Notes: generated by a model from the sequence alone, not told the origin. A DNA stretch of 64,000 nt from Eledone cirrhosa (GCA_964016885.1 OZ024741.1:194060001-194124000); one strand, 5' to 3'. Shown: positions 12,982 through 26,300, numbered from the stretch's first letter. Program-made: numbers and translations.

Positions 12982-13790
12982 TACATGAGGTGATACCAGA
13001 AAGCTGCTGAAATAGACCTAATATAAATTATCCTAGCATGGCAATATAATGTAGTTCACATTATTTATATTTGGACATCATCTCCAAATGGTTCCCTTAG
13101 GAACATACACAGCTGTCCAACATGCCTCAAATGTACTGTAGAAGTTCTTTTCTTGAAGTTCAGCCAACTTCACCTGCAATTCCATTTGAATTTAACCTAG
13201 TATCCCAAAACAGCACTCTCTTCAGCTCGTATTTCGTTTTGAAAGTCAAGATGGCATTGCTTTTGATTGAGTGCCAAGAGCTGGGAAGACAAACTTTACA
13301 GCAATATGATACTAGTGTCAGGTATTCCATGAGAACCTCTTGGCAGATTCCAATCGTGTGAAAGAGTTGATAGATTGTTTAGCAATGGTCTTAATGGGAG
13401 TTCACAATTTTTTCTTCATATTTTCTTGTGTTTTGCTAATGATTGGTCACTCTGAACACTAAACATTTTGAATCGGCAGTTGACCTGCATTGAAACACAT
13501 ATACCACTAAAACCTTGTATTCAATCTAAAGAGTGAACACCAAAAGTTTGATGAAACACTTTAAGGGACTTGATAGCAAATTTGCCAGGTAAATTGCTTG
13601 AATATCAGCCATCATAAAAATCATAGAATCTATCTACCACAAAAAACTGAATACAAGTTGATAGCATGAAGACTATTTGTAGGCAGGCTCAGAAGGCTAG
13701 CTCACAATTATCATTAGTTATGCACATATTTCCACTGTACAGTACAATCATACCAAGTGCAGTCAAGAAACTTTCTCATAATACCTCGTA
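12982..13790. mobile_element. Degenerate mariner/Tc1-like element
   Basis: Imperfect terminal inverted repeats (TACATGAGGTGATACCAGAAAG vs rc TACGAGGTATTATGAGAAAG). No intact ORF. Confidence 0.45.
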
Positions 13791-14133
13791 ATCATATTTA
13801 TAGCAATATAAAATTGAAGTAATATTAGAACACACAAATGGTAGATGATACATCCTTTTAGAGCAATAATTTAGCTACAAATGCGGATTCTGCCCCACCT
13901 TTCAAATAAAGAAATCTTCCTAAATATATCCAAATTCCTAAAGTCATTTTGAAAAGATTTTAAACAACTGTATTGTTAAACTTAAATAGTTAATGAAAGG
14001 TAAACATTGGCGCCATTGTGGTTATTTAGAGAGTTTTATTTAACTTTAGTCCAACCACTGATTGGAAATCAGTGCTTTAAAATGGATGTAGTTAAATATA
14101 GCACTGTGTTGAAAGCCAGTGAATGTTGGTTAA

Positions 14134-15365
14134 CCCTTTAGCATTCACATTAATTTGTCAAATGTCATGTTTATCTGTTCACATTATTTTTAGTTAATCG
14201 TGGCGGTGGATTGGCAGTATCGGTAGAGGGTCGGACGGCATGCTTTCCAGCATAGTTATGTCCCTTTACGATCTGAGTTCAAATCCCACCGAGGTTGACT
14301 TTGCCTTTCATCCTTACGGGGTCAATAAAATAAAGTACCAGTAATGCTGGCCTTGTGCCTAAAGTAGAAACAATTATTTTTAGTTAATCGTACTCAAGGA
14401 GGTTATCAATTTTATTTGTTTGTAATTTTCTATGTGCAGGCTTGAAATTTTGTCAGATGTTTAAATATCAATAATTTACAATTATATAATTTTACCTGAT
14501 TTTTTTGGTTAAATTTGACTTTTATGGGCAGGTGAAATTAATTAATAGGAGCATTTGAAGTATCAACCAGGTGCAAATACTGGTTTAATTTTAATAAACC
14601 TTATATCAGTGCTCCAGTAATTCCACAGTCTTGGAAATTGTTTTATACCGAACATAATATTTACGGTAAAAAATGCCTGCATTTCCGCAGCACCTGTCGG
14701 TCACCATAACAGATCGGGTTTTCCTCAATTTGAAATCTGTTGTTGGGCATATCGATTAATCTCTTCTGCCACAACTTCGAAGAAAGTTTGTGGTAAAAAC
14801 AAAAAGAAATAATCCAGTGCTTTAGCATCGGGAATAATGTGTTTTGTGGACCAGTATTTTGAATAAAATCGGGAACATATATTGGTGTGGTATTTTTCAA
14901 CCACATTGCTGTAATATTTTCAATGGCATCCAACCCTGAAGTTCTACGTTTTCACTTTCAAAACAACAATCATCGTCGGATGAAATTTCAGAAATGTAAA
15001 CATCTGATTCATTTGAAGATAAATCACTAATATTATCTTTTGTTCCTTGTTCATTCTGAATGTCGTCGTGTGTAAAACCTTCAAAGTCAGTATCGCTACT
15101 TTCACAAGCCATGTTGATACACAAAAAAATCTGTTCTACTTTCAACGTTAAAAAGACAAGTGTTGTTTTAAGTTGTTTCACTATAAGTGTTAATTTTTGC
15201 GGTAAGGGCCTAATCTCGCAGTAATCTCGAATTTACGAGATTTTGATGACGGTATTGTTTATTTTTAGAACGATATTTTAGTGTGGGTGTTATCGGCCAG
15301 TTTCGGGCGGTTTGAACAAATGAAGGGGAAATAATTGCGGCTGGTTTGGGGTGGCTTGAACACTA
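14134..15365 (-). mobile_element. Internally deleted copy of the 367-2680 piggyBac family
   Basis: TTAA|CCCTTTAGCATTCAC start. Near-identical to 367-500 and ~1855-2675, with ~1.35 kb deleted at about 14548. The right TIR is truncated. Confidence 0.9.
14202..14372 (+). mobile_element. tRNA-derived SINE inserted in the piggyBac copy
   Basis: A-box-like TGGCAGTATCGG and B-box GAGTTCAAATCCC. Perfect 19-bp TSD ATTATTTTTAGTTAATCGT at 14183-14201 and 14373-14391. Confidence 0.88.
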
Positions 15366-15823
15366 TAAATACTGAGTTACTACAAGAAAACATTAGCAGT
15401 TAGACACCATGAACTGAGAGCTACCAATTTCAAGATGTATATAGTTACAATCTTATTAGATACATACATATACCATTGGTGAATAAGACTACAATAGTAG
15501 AAAACTTTTAATTTATACATATAACTAGATAAACCTAGAACTCCATCATTTTAGTTATACAATTATATATTGAATTGACAACATATTAATATATATAAAA
15601 TAATCAACCTAGTTTTAAGGCAGCCAATGATCATAGAGACAAGAAATGATGATTATTATAAAGTAATGATATGGAGATAAAAGTAAAGTAAAGAATATAA
15701 TTAGACCACACAGGAGCCTAGATCACCTAAAATATAGTGAAATTGGGGGCTGGAATTACTTTATACTTTTTTAAATACATTTAAAGGACAAGAATATCTC
15801 TTAAGTAATATACTAAATTAATG

Positions 15824-15854
<31 letters not shown>

Positions 15855-16255
15855 CTTTTACTGGTTTTAGTCATTAAACTGCAGCCATGTCTTGATTTAG
15901 TTGATTATATCAACCCCATTATTGATATTTAACAGTGGCACAAGACCATGTATGAAGTGGGTGTATGTATTTAGTCAATTATATCAATACATCAATACCA
16001 CTATAAACAGGTTCTTATTTTATCAGTCCCAGAAGTATGAAAGGTAAAGTAGACATCGGTGGTATTTGAGCTCAGAACGTAAAGTGACATAACTAAATAC
16101 TGCAAAGCATTTTGTTCGCCGCTCAACTAACAATATGAGCAACAACAATAATAATAATTTTGAACAAAACAACAACAGCATTTATCATTTAACTGCTATA
16201 GCAGTATGAATAGAATTGAAGAGAGTGCTTTAGATGAACTCCTCATCACACACAC

Positions 16256-16474
16256 CTCCAGGAGCTCCAGTGCCACCACCTCGCATACTGCCCCCATTTC
16301 CACTGCTCCCACCACTGCCTGTTCCAGTGCGAGCGATACTTGATGTGTTTCCAGTGTTTCCCGGACTGGCACTGCTGCGTTTGGTGAAGCCGCTTCCAAA
16401 CGATGTACCATTCAATGCACCATAATTGTCAGCTGTCCGGTATTCGCGGCTACTAGAGAAAGCCGAATAATTGC
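16256..16474 (-). CDS. CAPRIN1: Caprin coding exon (SNYSAFSSSREYRTADNYG...FTKRSS...MRGGGTGAPG)
   Basis: Acceptor TGTGTGTAG|GC and donor G|GTGTGT. 219 nt, phase 1-1. G/S/N/Y-rich sequence like the Caprin-1 C-terminal IDR. Confidence 0.85.
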
Positions 16475-16604
16475 CTACACACAACCAGAAGAAAAATAGG
16501 GATGTCATTAGGGACCACACAGAACCACTCAAACGCATATATGTATGTGTGTGTGTGTGTGTGTATATACATATATGAGTTTATATATATATATAAACAT
16601 ATAT

Positions 16605-16643
<39 letters not shown>

Positions 16644-18249
16644 CATACTTATATAAAAGCGTGTTAAGGCATACAAATTGGTGAAAAAGTACTCAATACA
16701 TAGTTTATTAATTCATTCGAAGCTGATGATTCTATGTCACTTTCCTGAGTTTCTTGGAGGAAATTAAGAAAAGGGGCTGAATAAATCATCAACTTGAAAT
16801 GAATACACATATTAATACATTTAGCAACATAAAACAGTTGTTTAAAACATATGTATATATGATAGAGACAACCATCCACAGGAAATAAGAAGGATAATTT
16901 TTAGCTAACCATAAAAGGTGAGAACAAAAAAATAACATTTCAATTATTTGTTTGTAATGAATCAAAGTTCATTATTGTAATAAGCCATAAGGGTATATAA
17001 ACAAGTGATTATTTTGGCAAATAATCACTTGTTTATATGCCAATAAGTGATTATTTTGGCAAATAATCACTTGTTTATATGCCATTTCTACAATTGTAAA
17101 ACAATATCGTAAAGATACTATGTAAACAGAGACAAAACAACCCAGAAACTCCATCATGGATTTAGAATTGTACCCTTTAGATAAATTGTTTTCTGTTTTT
17201 TAAATGGTTAAAATGGCTTTTCTGTGATGTAAGTGTTTTAGTTTCAGCACACTGTTGTTTTCAGATGATGTCACTGCCCATCAAACAATCCAAACACTCA
17301 AATGTCAGCAATATGTCTTGCTTATATAATTGCTCACTGATCAGCCAAACGGCTAAGGAGGATCCAAGTCTAAAGAAAACAATCACATCAGTTTAATAAC
17401 CGGATGCTAATAAGTGTAAAATTACACACATGTACACCCGGCCCAAACACAGATAAACCAAACTCCCACTGCCATCGCCTCCGCCTTGCCCGCCCTCCCA
17501 CATCTCTCACTATTATGAATAAATGGGGTCCCTCGCACTGGCCGCTCCACAGCCATAACGTTTTTCTTGTATAGGTAATCAGTGACTGGCCAGTTAGGGT
17601 ACATAGATTACTGTCTTATATGGTTTATGAGTTGTTGTTACAAAGACTTTGAGTTATCTGGTAAACCAGTCTATAATAAACTTAATGTTGAGAAATAGAT
17701 ATGGCTATTCCTTCTGATACTGACTGTTCGAAACCACCCCTCATTCTATGATACAAAACTGTTTATTTTGAAATGTTTATACTTATTTAAAAGTCTTCCA
17801 TCATAATTTTATTAGAACTTTTATAGATTGAATTCAGAAATGGACTTAAGACTATTAGCCAATGTCATTAACTACACAAGATAAAATTCCGGAAAACATA
17901 AATGCTGAAACCATTTTTGAGAGAGAGTAGAGATGAGACAACCAAAATAAATAAGGTTTTTTTTTCGGGGGGAGGGGGGGGGGGGGGGCAGATTTAGATA
18001 TTTGTTCAGTAATCCATGTTCAATATGGCATAATCAGAGAATTGGGAGGAGAAAAATTAATTCATAATATAAACTTTAGTGGAAACCGAATCAAAATATT
18101 TCCCAATGATCAAACATACACACTCATATATATATATATATACATACACATAAAATGAAATGTTGCTAAATATAATGAGCTGAGATTTTTGTTTGTAACT
18201 GTGAGGTGAAGAGAATCTGATTGATTCAAGATGACGCAAATGAACTAAC

Positions 18250-20490
18250 CATTTACAACACAAATTTCAGGAAGCCAGCGACCTGATTACATAATGATCA
18301 GGCAAAAACTAAAGCTAAATTGATTATTTACTTGTAAGACAAGATAAACGGACTGTAATAAAAATAACGCCTTCCTTGGGGAAGAATGCATCGCCAAAAA
18401 TAAGTTAATTATTATTGACATCAAAATAAGCACAAGACAGAACAAGATATGCAGGAAAATATGGAAACGGAGGGTTTGGAAACTCTGGACCTTACAGTTA
18501 AATATAGCTTTAAAATGGCCTTACAGGATGCATTTGATGAGAGAAGTGACATGCAAGATAATTATGACATTGATGCTAACTGGAAATTCTTATGTGACAA
18601 CCTTTTACAAAATACTGACAAGACTAGTGGCTGGAAAAGAGCACAAATCAGACAGAGAGTGACCTGGGGTAGAACAGCTCAGTGGATAGAACCATTAAAG
18701 CCAAGAGACGGGTATGGAAAGACTGAAAAAATAGGGGTAGCGGAGACCAGTACCAGGTAGCTAAGAAAGAAGCTAGATGACAGGTATACACTGCCTGGAG
18801 AGAAACTGAAGAAAGTGTGTTGCAAATAACAATGATGCATTTAGTACCACTGATGCTCAAAAGGAAGAGGCCTGGAAATGTTACACAAGACTGATGAATG
18901 TAGAGAATGAATGGGAGGAAGAGAAACTATCCCCTACTTACCCAACAGACAGACCTGCCATTGAAGTTAACAGTTATAGGATTAAAGATGCAATCAAAGA
19001 GACAAAAGCCGGTAAAGCTATGGGACCCCCAGAGATAGTTGCTAAGATGCTAAAAGCACCGGAAGAAGTAAGAGTCAAACTAGTAACCTCGCATAGTCAA
19101 TCATGTAATAAGGGACCGTGTCATACCCAGTGACAGCCACAGCAGTACAATCATAAATTGCTACAAAGGCAAAGGTGAAGGTGATTCCCTAGAGAGGAGC
19201 AACTATAGTGGAATAAAACTAATGAACCAAGTTATGAAAGTGATGGAAAGAGTTATGCCGCAATTAAAAAAAGTCAAATTAGACAAGATGTAGTTTGGTT
19301 TCATGCCTGGGAAAGCACTACAGATGCTCTCTTTTTAGTGAGACAACTACAAGAGGTTCCAAGCCAAAAATAAGCTGCTATATTTAGCTTTTGTTGATCT
19401 AGAAAAGGTCTTTGACAGATCTATTATCTGTTGGTCTTTAAGAAAATTAGGTGTAGAAGAATGGTTGGTGAGAACAGTGCAAGCCATGTACAGAAGAGCT
19501 GTCAGCAAAGTGAGAGTAGTGAGTTTAGTGAGGAATTCAAAGTACAAGGGTTCAGTTCTTAGCCCACTACTATTCATTATAGTTCTCCAGTCTATAACAG
19601 AGGAGTTTAAGACCAGCTGCCCATGGGTACTTCTATATGCAGATGATCTGGTCTTTATAGCCAAATCCATTAATGAAACTAGAAAATAAGTTCCAATTAT
19701 GGAAACAGAATCTGGAATCAAAAGTGCTAGTGAGTAGGAGAGAAGATAGGACCCTGATTCCTTCAGGGAAGTAGCCCTGGTCAATATGTAGAAAGGGAAT
19801 AGGCATAAACTCTGTTCAATGTACACAATGTAAATCTTGGGCACACAAGAGATGTAGTGGGATAACAGGTAGACTAACAGGAAGGGAAGACTGTATGTAG
19901 ATGACACAAGGGTAATTGAGGGGAAGAGAGCCAGTGATGTAAACCTATTCTAGTTACAGGAAGGATGTGTAGAAGTGATTGATAGCTTCTGCTATCTAGG
20001 CAACATAATTAGCAATGGAGGAGGATGCTCTGAGAACATAATAACTAGAATAAGGATAGGATGGAAGAAGTTTAGAGAGCTACTCCCAGTGTTGACAATA
20101 AAAAAGGTTTCTCCCTACGTACAAAAGGTCCATTACATGTGCAATATAAGTGTAAGAGAGGGGCAGAGCTTGGACGAGTTGAAGGAGAAGCTGAGTTTAG
20201 AAGGACTCCAAGGTGTTGTGCAAGAGATTACTGTGATGGTATGGACATGTGATATGCATGGACAATTATCGCGGGGTGAAGAAATGCCAGAAAATCCCAG
20301 TGGAAGGAAGCTGCAGTAGAGGAAGACCAAGAAAGAACTGGGCAAAGGTTGTGAGAGCTGACTTCAAATCACTGAGACTCACAGAGGAGATGATGAAGGA
20401 ACACATGGAGAGATACCGTGCTAAGAAGAACTCATCCAACCCATGCAAGCATGGAAAAACAGGCATAAAAATGATGATGATGATGATGAT
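18250..20490 (+). mobile_element. Degenerate RTE-clade LINE
   Basis: GKAMGP..IVAKMLK, YLAFVDLEK, GSVLSPLLFIIV, LLYADDLV, SFCYLG, RGRPRKNW, then a (GAT)n tail. Confidence 0.9.
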
Positions 20491-21146
20491 ATATATATAT
20501 ATATATCTTGTCATAGATTAGCCTAGTCTAGGGAAAAGTTTTTCATGATAGAACTGGGACCCCTATCATTAAAGCATCCAAAGAACTACTTGAAATACAA
20601 CCTTGTTGGAGGTCAGCTAAACTTACAGCGGTTAGCTGTAACTTATTCTACCTGTCTCATCCAAGCCACACAAGTATGGAAAAATGGACATAAAACTGAT
20701 GATGATAATAGTGACTGAAGATGGGTATTATGTCTTACAGGTGCAACTTCATAAATTTGTATTTTAACCCATCAATTAACTTGTCATAAGGTTTCCTATT
20801 GTTAACATATATCTCAGCCAGAATCTTAAGCTGAACAAAAATATGAACCTGAAGATATAGCATTCAGAAGAGAGGAGAGGGTGGATACATACAGTGTCTA
20901 TTAGGGTGGACCACTGCTACATTGCAACCCTAAATTATACCAGTGTGGAAAAATAGATGTTTTATTATGAGATGATCCTATTTAACTCGTGTATAATTAC
21001 AACATGTGTACATGTAATTAGACAAAGAAAAGTAATTAACATGCTTTAACAGGTGCCGTGCTGTGATTAATGCATTAGTTGATCATTTAACTAATCCAGC
21101 TGTAGAAAATATTCAAATAAACTGTAGCAAAATATAAGATACTTAC

Positions 21147-21311
21147 TCCTGGTGTATGCTCCTCGGTTACCACCACCACCACCTCCACTACTACTACCGC
21201 TACTATTCCGATTAAAGCCATTGTTTAAACCACTTCGGCTGCCTCTGTTACCACGATAATTACGGTTTTGAAAACTTCCTCTTGGGAAATAGCCAGAAGA
21301 GTAACTGCTTC
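21147..21311 (-). CDS. CAPRIN1: Caprin RG-rich coding exon (GSSYSSGYFPRGSFQNRNYRGNRGSRSGLNNGF...RGAYTR)
   Basis: Acceptor TATTTACAG|GA and donor A|GTAAGT. 165 nt, phase 1-1. RG/Y/N-rich. Confidence 0.9.
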
Positions 21312-21400
21312 CTGTAAATAGACAGTAATTAAACAACACAGCTCGTTAGTAAATGAACTTTAGTATAAACAACAAAATTATTTCAATGTTACACATTGTT

Positions 21401-21596
21401 ACATGACAGATCACATGGTAAGATAGTTTGTCATGTGACAAACTATCTTACCATGTGATCTGTCATGTGACAAACTGTCTTACAATGTAATCTGTTACGT
21501 GACAAACTATCCTCTCGTAATCTGTCATGTGACAAACTGTCTTTCCATGTAATCTCTTACATGACAAACTATCCTCTCGTAATCTATCATGTGATC
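21401..21596. repeat. Perfect 33-bp-arm palindrome followed by ~30-31-bp tandem repeats
   Basis: 21401-21433 is the exact reverse complement of 21436-21468. About five TGACAAACT(A/G)TC... units follow in tandem. Confidence 0.9.
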
Positions 21597-21960
21597 AATT
21601 CTTTTTTATTGCTAACATCAGAATCTTTAATTCTTAACGTCCTCTACTGCATAAAACTACATTAGCAAATCATTCCTCAAAAATACAAAACACTATGACT
21701 GCATCACATTAAAAATTAGTCTTTACTTCAGTTTACTGTAAATTTTTACAATGGTCTGTTCACTAGTAAAGATAAAAAATATCAACAAATACATTTTAAG
21801 ATATTTCCTGCTAAATCATTACAGTATGTTAAGAGTTAATGTCAATATTATTATAACTAAATCCAAAATAATAAAAGACTAATATTTAGGAATAACATTT
21901 TTCCAGATTATCAACTTCCTCTTCAGAACCTATTTTATAATATTTATAATCTAAACTATA

Positions 21961-22170
21961 CAGGTGAAAGAGACTTGGTGGTACCGGATGACAGGAGGAC
22001 TCCCTGGTTCAATCAAGAGTTCAAAGATGCCATCTGAGCAAAGAAGGCCTAGGAATCTCCTCTCTTCAGAGAGGTACATCCTCGCGAGGTGGAGAGAATA
22101 ATTTGCTGATCTCCTAAACCCGATCATAACAGCCTCTTCTGATGTACACGAGGTGCATCTGGGAGCAGTG
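21961..22170 (+). mobile_element. Short LINE (RTE/CR1-like) ORF fragment
   Basis: Plus strand reads RTPWFNQEFKDAI*AKK and ILARWRE*FADLLNP, typical LINE linker motifs. Confidence 0.7.
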
Positions 22171-22751
22171 ACTAATCTCACAGAAAACAATAAACAAAAC
22201 ATCTAGTGGATAAGACCATCGAATTCAAAACTCGTAAATAATACATTCGTAAAAACAAAGCCAATCATGACCTATATATTGGAACTAAGACATCCTCCAT
22301 AATCCCTACCTCAGATATCATCTATATTTCCCAACCCCTAACCTGCTCAAAGAGTATGGGAGGGAAAAGGACTTTTTCAAGTTGCAGCCGTCAAATTACA
22401 TAGTGTCTGTACAAGAATAAACAATAAAAAACATCTAATATCTGCAGCGACTACAACCCCATTACGTAATAAGCCTTGCTCCACCCTCTCCCATATACCC
22501 TTGACCTTAAACCCTCAATCTATCCACTAAGTTGATGTGATGCCACACATCGGGAGGCCTAGTTCTCACAACATAAGACAAACATTTTTTTTTAAATAAT
22601 AGTCCAGAAAATACTAAGTTTTTAAAGAAATGAGCAAAACTATTATATATTGTAAAATCTATACTCTAAAGAGGGGAGAGAGAGTGTGCAATATAAATGT
22701 TAGTAACACCAGTAACAACTTAGATATTTAATCAAGATGGTGATGACTTAC

Positions 22752-22926
22752 CCTGATTGTAATCTGTAGGTTGAGGTGATAGCTGACCTTTCACCTCGTT
22801 ATTTGGAGTGGTATCTGTGTGTTGTGGTTGGAACACGGCTGCATTGGCATTCATTGACTGAAACACAGCTGCATTGGCATTTAAGTTGGTAATTTTTTTA
22901 ACAGCGTGTGATTGGGAGCTAGAATC
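22752..22926 (-). CDS. CAPRIN1: Caprin coding exon (DSSSQSH...LNANAAVFQSMNANAAVFQPQ...DYNQ)
   Basis: Acceptor TTATTTCCAG|GAT and donor G|GTAAGT. 175 nt, phase 0-1, in frame with the flanking exons. Confidence 0.87.
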
Positions 22927-23337
22927 CTGGAAATAATAATGTTTCTGTGAATGGTACAATTTCCGTCCTATTACAGTTGTGAGGTGAGAACATTTCAAAC
23001 AAAATGGAGCCAGAAGTTACAAATTAAAGAGAATTAATTATGCATGATATTTCATAATTACACGGGGAATGCAAAATAGAAAATCGTAATGTTCATATCT
23101 TCCCTACTTACACTATTTATCAAAATCAAGTGATTCCATACAACATTGAAAATTTAACACCTCCCAAAATCACAGCTATAATTATTACTATTTACAGAAT
23201 CATTAACATTTGTTATCAAGAATTTTTAAAAATATAATTAGATAGATTAGAACAAGAATAATTAAACAATATAAGTGGACATTAAGATATTTCTGGCTCC
23301 ATGTAGGGTAAATGTAAAACAAAGAATAGAGAGTTAC

Positions 23338-23370
23338 CTTCACATATGAACTGATACCTCCATCTGTTAA
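23338..23370 (-). CDS. CAPRIN1: Caprin 33-nt microexon (LTDGGISSYVK)
   Basis: Acceptor TTTTTGTTTCCTCAG|TTA and donor AAG|GTAACT. Phase 0-0. Confidence 0.72.
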
Positions 23371-26300
23371 CTGAGGAAACAAAAATAGAACAGTTTTGTT
23401 ATGTTGTACAAGTTAAATTAATGACTTATCATCACTGTCTAATGTCTTGTTTTCCACACTGGCATGGGTTAAACAGGTTATCCTGTTATGAGACAAGTCA
23501 GATCAGGTGACTGTATCTTGCTCATACAGGACTGTTTCTGGATTGATTTCTAAGGCTTCATCACATTTACAGCGTGGACTGGGTGCTTTTTATCATAGCA
23601 TCATAATGACTACATAAAATATTGGACTGGGTACATAAGAATTAATGTATTCCGTAGGAGGAGATACTCTAAAATGACATTGCAATGGATATTAAATCTA
23701 AAACAAATTAAGTAATTCAGTTCAAAGAAAGTAGCAACATAAAATAACTGTGCTACTTTCATTGATTTCAATACCAGCATGGAAAACGGGTAAAAATAAT
23801 GATTTCTGGTGCAATAAGAACAGCCACAACATTCCTCTTTGGTTTTGTTCATTGTTACAACATGGGTGCAGGATGAGTGATTAAGAAGTTCACTTTGTAA
23901 CCACTTGGTCCTGGGTTCTATCAAACTGTGTGCTAGCTTCCAATTGACCACTATGCTTGTGGATGGAATTTGATAGACTGAAGACTGAGCGTGTACATGC
24001 ATATATGTGTGTGCATACGTGCCTTTCACTGATGTATTTCATCCTCATCCTCATCATCATTTAATGTCCGCTTTTCTATGCTGGCATCATCAGTTGGACA
24101 GGTTTGTCATGGACCAAGCCAATACTTAATCAGAGTTAATCTTTTCACCGAGGGGTCAAAGGCTCACATTTCATACACTTACATTCTAGTTTAAGTATGG
24201 TTTCTATAATTGGATGGCCTTCTTATCACCAACCACTTTATACATTGTATTGAGCATATTTTTCGTGGCACCAGCACTAAAGAAGTGTTTGTGCCTTTGA
24301 CACAACTGAAGAGTCATATCTGATGTGGTTTCTACAGCTGGATGTCCTTCCTAACACTAACCACTTTACAGAGTGTACTGAGTGTATTTTATTGTGACAC
24401 CAGCACTAAGGTGGTTGTTGGTTATTGATTCGACTGAAGAACACTCTCCTCTCTATCTGTGGAAGATGCAAACATCAGTAAGATGTTTAGCAAAAGAAAT
24501 TTAAGCGGGAGCAAGTAAAGGTGAGACCTGAGAATATTTATGTGTGTGTATGTATATGTAAAGAAAGAGAGAGTGGGAGATATCATCATCATTTTAATTT
24601 AATATCCATTTCCCTGATATGTTAAACAATGAAAGAATAAGAAAAACATGTAATTGTTAATTAATCCATTGTTTTACAATTGTTTCAGAGTGCACAATTA
24701 TTAAAGTGAAGATTAATTGATGATAATTTTGTAACTCCATATTATCAGCCACATTAAGCACATTTATTCTGCTGTCTATCCTCAGAAATATCCTTATATA
24801 GAAAAGTTTATTTTTATTTTTAATCTGAAACTAAACAAATTACTAGTACCAATGGTTTCATGTTTTCACTCCTTAGATAAGTGATATTTATCTACAGAAA
24901 AATAATGTGAAAACTAGAAGTCGAATTATGTTAAGTTTCAGATTTAAAATAAAAAAACTATAAGCTCTACTTCTTGTATTGAGTACCTTGTCTCATTTTT
25001 GTAAATACAAACATTCACCTGCTTTGTATGTATATACTGTATATATTCATATAAAAGTCATAGTGATAAATTAAGTCGCTCTTGTTTTGTGTTTATATTT
25101 TGGTTTCAGGCTTTCATACGTAAGTTAAATGATAGTTTTTTTTATAAACACTGCTTGCAAATTTGCTTACGGTTGTGTTTAGATGAAAAAAAAATGCTGA
25201 CATAATCCTAATCAATGCTAATACAGTCTAGCAAAGTCTTGGATATAGTAATGTGTTTCTTTGATCTATGCTCAGAATGAACGTAATTTTTAAATCACCA
25301 CTTCTGATTGACTGACTATACACACAACACTGAGCATTAGGATTATGACCAGTTGATAGAGTATTGTGACTGTATGCCAACACCAATATTCATATATATT
25401 ATGTAGTGACATAACCAGCCTGTCTTACATTTTCCATTATGTCTGTTTCCCCACTCTCTCATGTGTGCAATTGAGTGTATGCATGCATTAAAATTCAAGC
25501 CAAGATTAAGATTTGGTAAATAAATCATATGCTTTTGAGTGCCCATTTTTTTTAAAGCATAGAAATGAATTATCTATGAGTATAACTACACACAGACACA
25601 CATATATATGCATATATATGCATGTCTTAAGAAGCAACTAAATGGGCATCTGGCCATAAAATACTGCCTAAAAAAGTGGATATAAAAGGGATGAGAGAAA
25701 AATCAGTAAGATCAATATAATTACAATGCAAGTGAACAGCTGCAGGAAAAACATGGGCAGGGAAGGAATTTCAGATGCTTTTAGAAGGAAAGACTGGACA
25801 TAAAGGTTAGTATGAGGAATGATAATAGACACAATATAAGTGATAAGAAGAGAAATGGATGAGTCAGAAGTGTTAATATGGAGGGGACAGGAAACCAGCT
25901 ATCTCCAAAGTCCAGAGGACATTGTAATAGCAAGCAAAAAGATAGTGAGGGTAGACAGCATGTTGATGAGCTAGAGGTTGTGTTTGTGACTTCATACCAA
26001 TTTGTTGAGTGGTCTAGGATGTATGTACTGTATGTGTAAGAGATATGGAAACAGGAACTATATATACAATCATGCGAACACAGCAGTCAGACTAGAGATA
26101 ACAATTGATGATGAAGTTCCTTAAACAGACTTTAAAATCTAATTGATACTAAAAAAATGAGTAGAAACTTGTGAAGTGTTTTGTTAGCCAAATAAACTAT
26201 TTAACACAATACTAGTGAGTTAGTCAATCAGTTAATCATGTATGTGTGTCATCATCATCACCATTTAATATCTATTTTCCATGATTGCATGGGTTAGGCA

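Noticed and set aside
14202-14290. tRNA gene (also 38600-38680)
   Set aside because: A/B boxes are present but there is no clean cloverleaf. The SINE body (and the TSD at 14183/14373) identifies them as SINE heads.
21951-22202. Minus-strand 83-aa ORF as a Caprin exon
   Set aside because: The plus strand carries LINE motifs, and the flanking Caprin exons join in frame without it.
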